Source of the DNA: Christensenellales bacterium
GTDB lineage: Bacteria > Bacillota > Clostridia > Christensenellales > UBA3700
DNA length: 64,000 nt
NCBI GenBank assembly: GCA_051883395.1
Contig: JBJETQ010000002.1
Location: 16,456-80,455 of the forward strand
Direction: 5' to 3'
The first letter of the stretch is position 1. Each line of letters opens with the position of its first letter. Below, piece after piece: positions 36,579 through 43,019 of the stretch. Under the pieces are notes generated by a model. It was given only the letters and a program-made list of their open reading frames with translations. It ran no database searches and was not told where the DNA came from. A program made the position numbers and the translations under genes.

Positions 36579-37636
36579 TATTTATTCTCCTTTGTCAAAT
36601 TGATAAATTGATCGTATATAAAATCGGTGGCAATCGGTCCGCCGTTGACGCCGGGCAGAAACTCGGTGGAGATTGCCCTGTAATCGTCGTATTGCAAACC
36701 TTCTACGCTTGCGTCGTTGACGTTGACGAAGGTAGGATGAAGCCCCTTTGCATCGCTTACGTCAATGTCGGTATTATGATTTTGATAAGTTACAAATAAG
36801 CGACCTGTATCGAGTTTTTTGGTAGGTTGATTGCCGTGATGTCCGTATTTCATTTCGACAATCTTTGCTCCGCATGACATTGCCATGAGCTTGTGTCCGA
36901 GACCTATGCCGAGCATAGGCAATTTTGTTCCTATCTGTCTGATGGTATCTATCACGCTTTCGCAATCTTTCACTCTATCGCTGCCTGCCGACCAGACTAC
37001 TCCGACAGGATTGCACACCATAATTTCCTGCACGCTACTGTCTGCCGACATTATTTTTACTTTCATGCCTTTATCTGCCAATGCTTCGGCTATATCGTAG
37101 GTCTCGCCCAAATCGACAAGACATACCGTTGCACCGCTGCCCATTTCTTTGCCTGCCTTGGCGCTCTTTTTGCTCGCCAGCGAAACCGTAGGAGTGTAAT
37201 TTTTCAACAGTTTCTCCTGTTCATTGTCAAGGCTTGGCGAAGTAGTGATGAGCGCATTGACGCAACCGTTGTCTCTGATGACTTTGGTGAGCATACGGGT
37301 ATCCACCCCCTTGAAACCGACTATTCCTTTGCTCTCCATAAAATTGTCGATAGCTCCGACGCTCCTGAAATTGGAAGGTTTGTCGCACACTTCTCTGACT
37401 ATTACGGCTTTGACGTGGCATTGTTTGCCTTCTACGTCGTCGTTGACGCCGAAATTGCCGAATGAAGGAAAAGTGCCGACAACGAATTGTCCCTGATAGC
37501 ATTCGTCAGTGAGCAACGTCATATCGCCGCCCATGGCGGTATTGAAAACAAGCTGTCCCACAACTTGTCTTTTTGCTCCGAAAGCCGTGCCTTCAAAGAC
37601 CTGGCCACTTGCAAGATACAAATAAAGTTTGTCCAT
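36578..37636 (-). CDS. carA: Carbamoyl-phosphate synthase small subunit homologue lacking the glutaminase catalytic triad
   Basis: 352 aa with a typical CarA N-domain (FNTAMGGDMTLLTDECYQGQFV...). The GATase region reads LGIGLGHK where GICLGHQ is expected, and STEFLPG where FQGHPE is expected. Its stop overlaps the carB ATG (TAATG). Confidence 0.8.
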   Translation of the reverse strand: MDKLYLYLASGQVFEGTAFGAKRQVVGQLVFNTAMGGDMTLLTDECYQGQFVVGTFPSFGNFGVNDDVEGKQCHVKAVIVREVCDKPSNFRSVGAIDNFMESKGIVGFKGVDTRMLTKVIRDNGCVNALITTSPSLDNEQEKLLKNYTPTVSLASKKSAKAGKEMGSGATVCLVDLGETYDIAEALADKGMKVKIMSADSSVQEIMVCNPVGVVWSAGSDRVKDCESVIDTIRQIGTKLPMLGIGLGHKLMAMSCGAKIVEMKYGHHGNQPTKKLDTGRLFVTYQNHNTDIDVSDAKGLHPTFVNVNDASVEGLQYDDYRAISTEFLPGVNGGPIATDFIYDQFINLTKENK

Positions 37637-37662
37637 ATATACCTCTCAAAAAATTATCAGAC

Positions 37663-37713
37663 ATAAAAAAAGAAGACTTCCAAAGCATATCCCAATGCCT
37701 TGCCCGTCTTCTT
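37663..37713 (-). terminator. Leader terminator (attenuator) upstream of carA
   Basis: The minus strand reads AAGAAGAC-gggc-AAGGCAT-tgggat-ATGCTTT-ggaa-GTCTTCTT followed by TTTTTAT. It lies between the predicted promoter and the carA ATG. Confidence 0.65.
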
Positions 37714-37762
37714 ACAGCATGTGCCGACTGTTGCGGCTTTTACTCTTGTAGGTTGGTCGCAT
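37712..37762 (-). promoter_or_regulatory. Candidate 16-codon leader ORF in the carA leader
   Basis: GGAG-5 nt-ATG CGA CCA ACC TAC AAG AGT AAA AGC CGC AAC AGT CGG CAC ATG CTG TAA, giving MRPTYKSKSRNSRHML with 3 Arg codons. The stop codon overlaps the 5' arm of the terminator. Confidence 0.35.
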
Positions 37763-37813
37763 AAAAACTCCGTCGTCCAGTTTGCCCGACTCCGTTGCCG
37801 AGCTGTTATTAAA

Positions 37814-37842
37814 ATGATACGACAATACTTGTCTGATGTCAA
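37814..37842 (-). promoter_or_regulatory. Sigma-A-type promoter for carAB
   Basis: The minus strand reads TTGACA-17 nt-TATCAT. Confidence 0.6.
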
Positions 37843-37886
37843 TCTAAAAACCGTAAAAAAATAATATTTATTTGGCTCATTTTAAA

Positions 37887-37914
37887 TGACATAAATGCGG
37901 TATTTTGGTATACT
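37887..37914 (+). promoter_or_regulatory. Sigma-A-type promoter for purF-asnA
   Basis: TGACAT-16 nt-TATACT with an extended -10 TG (TGGTATACT), about 30 nt upstream of the purF ATG. Confidence 0.55.
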
Positions 37915-37944
37915 AAAAGCGAATTTTATTTGCGGAGGGACATA

Positions 37945-39366
37945 ATGCAAAAGAGTGCGTCGGATAGACTTCATGAAGAATGCGGTATATTCGGTATATA
38001 CGACAAGGCTGAATCCGGCAATATCGCAAGCACGGTTTACTACGGTCTGTTTGCTCTGCAACATCGTGGTCAGGAAGCGGCAGGTATCGCCGTCAATCAC
38101 AACAGAGAAATCACTCTATTGAAAGGTCTCGGTCTGGTCAGCGACGTATTTAAACATCAGGACCTTGCTTCTGTGCAGGGCGAGATAGCTATCGGACACG
38201 TAAGATATAGTTCGGGTCCTTTTAAAGGAGTTGAAAACGCTCAGCCAATTACGGTAAATTATGCCAAAGGCAATCTTACCGTGGCTCACAACGGCAACAT
38301 TACCAACTCTCAGGCGCTGAGAACGGCTCTGGAAAATCAGGGTGCTATATTCCACTCAAACAACGACAGCGAGATAATATGCTATCTCATTGCAAGAGAG
38401 AGATTGAAATGCAAGACGATAGAAGAAGCCGTTGCCAACGTGGTTCCTATGCTAAAAGGAGCATTTTCGTTGCTTATTATGAGTCCTACCAAACTCATTG
38501 CTTTGAGAGACCCGCTTGGTATCAGACCGCTGTGCATGGGTTATATCAACGAAAGCGTGGTGTTCGCAAGCGAAACATGTGCTCTGGAAACGGTGGGAGC
38601 AAAGTTTGAAAGAGATATCAAGCCCGGCGAAATACTGGTAGTTGGCAAGGACGATATGTACAGCGATATGCGTTATGCCACCGACAAGTCGGCGCTGTGT
38701 ATTTTTGAACACGTCTATTTTGCAAGACCCGACAGCATCATCGATAATCAAAGCGTAAACGAAGCTCGCATGAACGCAGGCAAACTGCTGGCTATTCAGT
38801 ACCCTGTGGACGCAGACCTTGTAATTGGCGTTCCTGACAGCGGTCTGTGCAGCGCAATTGGTTATTCGGCACAGAGCGGTATTCCTTACGGTACGGGTCT
38901 GATTAAAAACAGATATATCGGCAGAACTTTTATTCAACCTACTCAGGCAATGAGAGAAAGAAGCGTAGCATTGAAACTCAACGCTTTGGAAAGCAACGTC
39001 AGGGGCAAGCGTATAGTGATGATTGACGACTCTATCGTAAGGGGAACTACCCTGAAAAATATCGTCAAGCTACTCAAAACGGCAGGTGCAACCGAAGTTC
39101 ACGTACGTATCAGTTCGCCTAAATTCCTGTACCCTTGTTTCTACGGTACAGATATTCCTGACAGAAGCTGCCTTGCCGCAGTAAAATGGACGGAAGATGA
39201 AATAAGACAAAATCTCAATGCCGATACATTGGGCTTTTTGAAACTAGAAAGTGTAAAAGATATTGCTCCTTGCTCCACCGCAGGTTTCTGCACAGCTTGC
39301 TTCGACGGCAAATATCCTTCTTGCGTGGACAATACAATAGATTCGCAATTTATTGACAAAATGTAG
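37945..39366 (+). CDS. purF: Amidophosphoribosyltransferase
   Basis: Ntn Cys after a short propeptide (MQKSASDRLHEE-CGIFGIY), the PRPP loop VMIDDSIVRGTT, and the C-terminal Cys cluster CTACFDGKYP. The track start is TTG 37930. I prefer ATG 37945, preceded by GGAGGG. Confidence 0.9.
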   Translation: MQKSASDRLHEECGIFGIYDKAESGNIASTVYYGLFALQHRGQEAAGIAVNHNREITLLKGLGLVSDVFKHQDLASVQGEIAIGHVRYSSGPFKGVENAQPITVNYAKGNLTVAHNGNITNSQALRTALENQGAIFHSNNDSEIICYLIARERLKCKTIEEAVANVVPMLKGAFSLLIMSPTKLIALRDPLGIRPLCMGYINESVVFASETCALETVGAKFERDIKPGEILVVGKDDMYSDMRYATDKSALCIFEHVYFARPDSIIDNQSVNEARMNAGKLLAIQYPVDADLVIGVPDSGLCSAIGYSAQSGIPYGTGLIKNRYIGRTFIQPTQAMRERSVALKLNALESNVRGKRIVMIDDSIVRGTTLKNIVKLLKTAGATEVHVRISSPKFLYPCFYGTDIPDRSCLAAVKWTEDEIRQNLNADTLGFLKLESVKDIAPCSTAGFCTACFDGKYPSCVDNTIDSQFIDKM

Positions 39367-39374
39367 GTGATTAT

Positions 39375-40355
39375 ATGTATCAATCTCAACTTAACCTTAT
39401 TCAGACAGAAATAGCAATCAAAACTATCAAAGACAACTTTGAAAAGTTCTTGGCAGGCAACCTTAATCTGACCCGTGTTTCCGCTCCGCTGTTCGTTCTC
39501 AACGATACAGGTCTCAACGACAATCTCAACGGAGTTGAACGCCCCGTAGGTTTTGACATCAAACAGACAGGCAAAAAAGCCGAAGTGGTACACTCCCTTG
39601 CCAAATGGAAAAGATACGCCCTTCATTATTACGGATTTGAAGTGGACAGCGGTCTTTATACCGATATGAACGCAATACGCCGTGATGAAATATGCGACGA
39701 AATACATTCTTTGTACGTCGACCAATGGGACTGGGAAAGAGTTATCAGCGAAGAAGAACGCAATCTTGACTTTCTCAAAGAAATTGTCGGCAAAATATAT
39801 AGCGCAATCTATTCTACCGCTACCGTCATCGAAAGCATGTATTCGCTAGAAAACTTTTTGCCTAAGCAAATAACATTTATTACTTCGCAGGAGCTGGAAG
39901 ATATTTATCCTGATCTCGAACCAAAAGAAAGAGAAAACGAACTGGCAAAGCAACTGGGAGCAATATTTATTATCGGTATTGGAGACGATCTTAAATCGGG
40001 CAAACCGCATGACAAACGTGCTCCCGACTATGACGACTGGGCTCTCAACGGCGACCTTATAGTCTGGTATCCACAGCTCAATCGTTCTGTTGAGCTGTCG
40101 TCCATGGGCATAAGAGTAAACAAAGAAGCCATGCTCTATCAACTCAATAAACTCGGCGCAAGCGACAGGCTGGAACTTCCTTTCCACAAGGCTTTGATGT
40201 CGGACGAATTGCCACTAACGATAGGCGGCGGTATAGGTCAATCCCGTCTGTGCATGGTTCTGCTGCACAAGGCGCATATAGGCGAAGTGCAAAACTCTAT
40301 ATGGCCGGACGAAATGATTGAAGATTGCAGGAGTAAAAACATATTTTTGCTGTAA
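39375..40355 (+). CDS. asnA: Aspartate-ammonia ligase (asparagine synthetase A)
   Basis: 326 aa. N-terminus LIQTEIAIKTIKDNFEKFLAGNLNLTRVSAPLFV and C-terminus GGGIGQSRLCMVLL are typical of AsnA. Confidence 0.85.
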   Translation: MYQSQLNLIQTEIAIKTIKDNFEKFLAGNLNLTRVSAPLFVLNDTGLNDNLNGVERPVGFDIKQTGKKAEVVHSLAKWKRYALHYYGFEVDSGLYTDMNAIRRDEICDEIHSLYVDQWDWERVISEEERNLDFLKEIVGKIYSAIYSTATVIESMYSLENFLPKQITFITSQELEDIYPDLEPKERENELAKQLGAIFIIGIGDDLKSGKPHDKRAPDYDDWALNGDLIVWYPQLNRSVELSSMGIRVNKEAMLYQLNKLGASDRLELPFHKALMSDELPLTIGGGIGQSRLCMVLLHKAHIGEVQNSIWPDEMIEDCRSKNIFLL

Positions 40356-40378
40356 AAGTCGATACGTATCGAAAAAAA
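40354..40378 (+). repeat. Recurrent A-run/palindrome element (15/16)
   Basis: AAAA GTCGATACGTATCGA AAAAAA, beginning inside the asnA TAA stop codon. Confidence 0.8.
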
Positions 40379-40384
40379 TTGAAA

Positions 40385-40411
40385 AGAGAAACGAAAGTTT
40401 CTCTTTTTTTT
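40385..40411 (+). terminator. Intrinsic terminator after asnA
   Basis: AGAGAAAC-gaaa-GTTTCTCT followed by TTTTTTT. Confidence 0.8.
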
Positions 40412-40484
40412 GATACAATCAGAAATACCACCCGAATAAGTGGGTGGTATTTGTGTTAGATTTTTATTAAGACGTTCTAAAAGA

Positions 40485-41741
40485 TTATTTCTTGACCAAA
40501 ACCTTTTTGAGACGAGCAAATCTTGGCAAGCCGTCTTCGAGCGGAGCTTTGCAATCGCCTTGAATGAGTGGCAAAGCGTAATCAACGTAGTCTTGCGAAA
40601 GCATTGTGCCGTCGTTGATAATCCACTCGGCAGGAATCTTCTTTTCGGTGTTGGCAGCCTTAGAAAGACCTACTACGCCGATTTTGCACTTATATTTGCC
40701 GTTTGCGCCCGTTGCTCTTTTGAGTACGACCATCTTGTCGGTGGTGCCTTTGACAGCATACTTAACTGCGGCTGCGCCCGACTTGAATGCTTCTTCTACG
40801 TCCACCTTGGAAGCAAGGTGTGCGCCGCATCTTTGCATAAGGCTGAATTCGATTGCTCTGGTCTTGTGTCCGAATTTCTCTTTGCACAGGTTGCTGAGTG
40901 CTGCGCCTACACCGCCGAGTTGAGCGTGTCCGAAACTATCTTTTGCAATGTTCTTGTTGAGAGTTTCTGCGATAAGTTCGCCGTTTTCGTTGGCGATACC
41001 TTCGGAGATGGCAATCATACATTTGCCGTTGTTCTCTGCAAGTTTTTTCTCTACGTCGGCAAGGAATTTGTCGGTGTTGAAAGGAACTTCCGGGAGATAA
41101 ATGAGGTCAGGTCCCAGTCCTTTGTAGTTTGCCAAAGAAGCTGCTGCGGTCAACCAACCTGCATGTCTGCCCATGATTTCTACTACCGTAATCATTGGGG
41201 TATCGTAAACGTTGGCGTCAAGTTTGAGTTCCATCATTGTAGTAGCAACGTACTTGGCTGCGGAAGCATATCCAGGACAATGGTCGGTACCGAAAAGGTC
41301 GTTGTCGATGGTCTTAGGTACGCCCATAACTCTCATTTCCCAATCGTTCTTTTTCATGAACTTACTGATTTTGTTGCAAGTATCCATAGAATCGTTGCCA
41401 CCGTTGTAGAAGAAGTATCTGATGTTGTATTTTTTGAATACTTCGAGCAATCTTCTGTAATCGGTGTCGTCCTTTTTGACGTCTTTGAGCTTGTATCTTA
41501 CCGAACCCAAAGCAGACGAAGGAGTATTTTTGAGAAGCATAAGTTCGCTCATGTCTTCTTGGGACATGTCGTAAAATTCTTCGTCAAGTACACCCTTGAT
41601 GCCGTGTGCGGCTCCGTAAACTGCGGTAATGCAGTCTTGTTTGAGTGCTTCGGTAAATACGCCCGCAGCACTTGCGTTGATAACGGATGATGGTCCGCCC
41701 GATTGACCGAACATCAATGCTCCTACCAATTTCTTTTCCAT
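40485..41741 (-). CDS. pfp: Pyrophosphate-dependent phosphofructokinase (diphosphate-fructose-6-phosphate 1-phosphotransferase)
   Basis: 418 aa with GQSGGPSSVINAS, GGNDS in place of the ATP-type GGDG, and PKTIDNDL, whose Lys is typical of PPi-PFKs. Confidence 0.75.
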   Translation of the reverse strand: MEKKLVGALMFGQSGGPSSVINASAAGVFTEALKQDCITAVYGAAHGIKGVLDEEFYDMSQEDMSELMLLKNTPSSALGSVRYKLKDVKKDDTDYRRLLEVFKKYNIRYFFYNGGNDSMDTCNKISKFMKKNDWEMRVMGVPKTIDNDLFGTDHCPGYASAAKYVATTMMELKLDANVYDTPMITVVEIMGRHAGWLTAAASLANYKGLGPDLIYLPEVPFNTDKFLADVEKKLAENNGKCMIAISEGIANENGELIAETLNKNIAKDSFGHAQLGGVGAALSNLCKEKFGHKTRAIEFSLMQRCGAHLASKVDVEEAFKSGAAAVKYAVKGTTDKMVVLKRATGANGKYKCKIGVVGLSKAANTEKKIPAEWIINDGTMLSQDYVDYALPLIQGDCKAPLEDGLPRFARLKKVLVKK

Positions 41742-41761
41742 AAGTAAACCTCCAAAAATAA

Positions 41762-42730
41762 TTAACTTCCTAATATTGTCGCTGTCTTATACAGCTCTTT
41801 GTTGAACACTCTCGGCATAGCCAACGCTTCGCTGATGTCGTCGTCTATGATTTGATTGTTGCGTATACCGACTACTCTACCGCCCTTGTCGGCTTTGAGT
41901 ACGTCAACTGCCCTTACGGCAAATTTGGCGGCAAGCATACGGTCCTGCATAGATGGCGCACCGCCCCTTTGGATATATCCGAGCGTCGTCGTCTTGATGC
42001 TTCCTTCAACTCCTTTTTCTTTGAGCTGAGCTTTGAGTTCTTCCGCCTTGCAGACGCCTTCGGCAAGTACGATGATGTCGGAAGTCTTGCCTAGCCTTTG
42101 ATTGCGTCTTATTCCCTTGACGACGTTGTCGATGTTGAACTCAACTTCCGGTACGAGTATAAGCTCAGCGCCACCGCCAATACCGGAATATAGTGCGATA
42201 TCACCGCATTTTCTGCCCATAACTTCGATTATACACACACGGTCGTGGGACGTCATGGTGTCTCTGAGATTGTTGATTGCTCCGAGAACGGTGTTGCAGG
42301 TAGTATCAAAGCCAAGCGTAAAATCGGTATATGCAAGGTCGTTGTCAATAGTACCCGGAATACCCACCGTCTTGACGCCGAACATATCGTACAGGTCTTT
42401 TGCGCCCCTGAAACTTCCGTCGCCGCCAATGACGACAAGTCCTTCGATGCCATAGTCGTCAAGAGCGTCTACCGCCCTTGCCATAACTTCCTTCTGGACA
42501 AACTCCGGACATCTTGCCGTTTTGAGCATTGTGCCGCCACGCTGAATGATGTCGGACACGCTACGTTTGTTCATCATGTTGATGCTGCCTTGAAGTAAGC
42601 CTACGTATCCTTGATTGATGCCGTAAACTTCAAGTCCTTGGTCAATGGCGTATCTGGTAACCGCTCTTATGCAAGCGTTCATACCCGGAGCGTCGCCACC
42701 GCTCGTCAAAACTCCTATTTTTCTCATCAT
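41762..42730 (-). CDS. pfkA: ATP-dependent 6-phosphofructokinase
   Basis: 322 aa with RKIGVLTSGGDAPGMNACIRAV, VVIGGDGSFRGA and PGTIDNDL. Its start overlaps the stop of the upstream TRAP-like gene (ATGATGA). Confidence 0.9.
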   Translation of the reverse strand: MMRKIGVLTSGGDAPGMNACIRAVTRYAIDQGLEVYGINQGYVGLLQGSINMMNKRSVSDIIQRGGTMLKTARCPEFVQKEVMARAVDALDDYGIEGLVVIGGDGSFRGAKDLYDMFGVKTVGIPGTIDNDLAYTDFTLGFDTTCNTVLGAINNLRDTMTSHDRVCIIEVMGRKCGDIALYSGIGGGAELILVPEVEFNIDNVVKGIRRNQRLGKTSDIIVLAEGVCKAEELKAQLKEKGVEGSIKTTTLGYIQRGGAPSMQDRMLAAKFAVRAVDVLKADKGGRVVGIRNNQIIDDDISEALAMPRVFNKELYKTATILGS

Positions 42731-42957
42731 TCTTCTCCGCAGGTCAACTGTCCGTATTTTGTCAGAACAGTTGCTTTACCCCTGATTTTCATAGCAGAAA
42801 TATTTTCTGTAAACTGTACCAAAAGCACTTCGTTTTTGTTGATGCTCTCGGTATGCTGAGGTTTGGTACCGTCCCCTCTAGTCAAGCCTATAATCTGAAC
42901 GTTGTTTTCCAACGCTTTGACCGCTACGTATTCTCCACCGACAAACTGATTGTCCAT
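42727..42957 (-). CDS. mtrB: TRAP (trp RNA-binding attenuation protein, MtrB) homologue
   Basis: 76 aa: ...EYVAVKALENNVQIIGLTRGDGTKPQHTESINKNEVLLVQFTENISAMKIRGKATVLTKYG... It aligns over about 69 positions, at roughly 45% identity, with B. subtilis MtrB as I recall it ([54 protein letters not shown]). RBS AGAGGTGA lies upstream. Confidence 0.8.
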   Translation of the reverse strand: MDNQFVGGEYVAVKALENNVQIIGLTRGDGTKPQHTESINKNEVLLVQFTENISAMKIRGKATVLTKYGQLTCGEE

Positions 42958-43019
42958 ACTTCACCTCTTTTCACATAATTCTAACATATTTTTTTGATAA
43001 TTACTACTTTTTTATATAA

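Noticed and set aside
37637-37842. Assigning the carA leader to a known class (T-box, PyrR binding loop, glutamine/glnA RNA, ykkC-type, purine riboswitch)
   Set aside because: None of the signature sequences I can recall is present: the T-box 14-mer, ARUCCAGAGAGGCU, or the ACGR/GGGA boxes of ykkC. It is left as an unclassified attenuator.
42958-43019. TRAP-binding (G/U)AG triplet arrays anywhere in the window
   Set aside because: I scanned the leaders and intergenic regions by eye and saw no run of regularly spaced GAG/UAG triplets. The targets, if any, must lie elsewhere.
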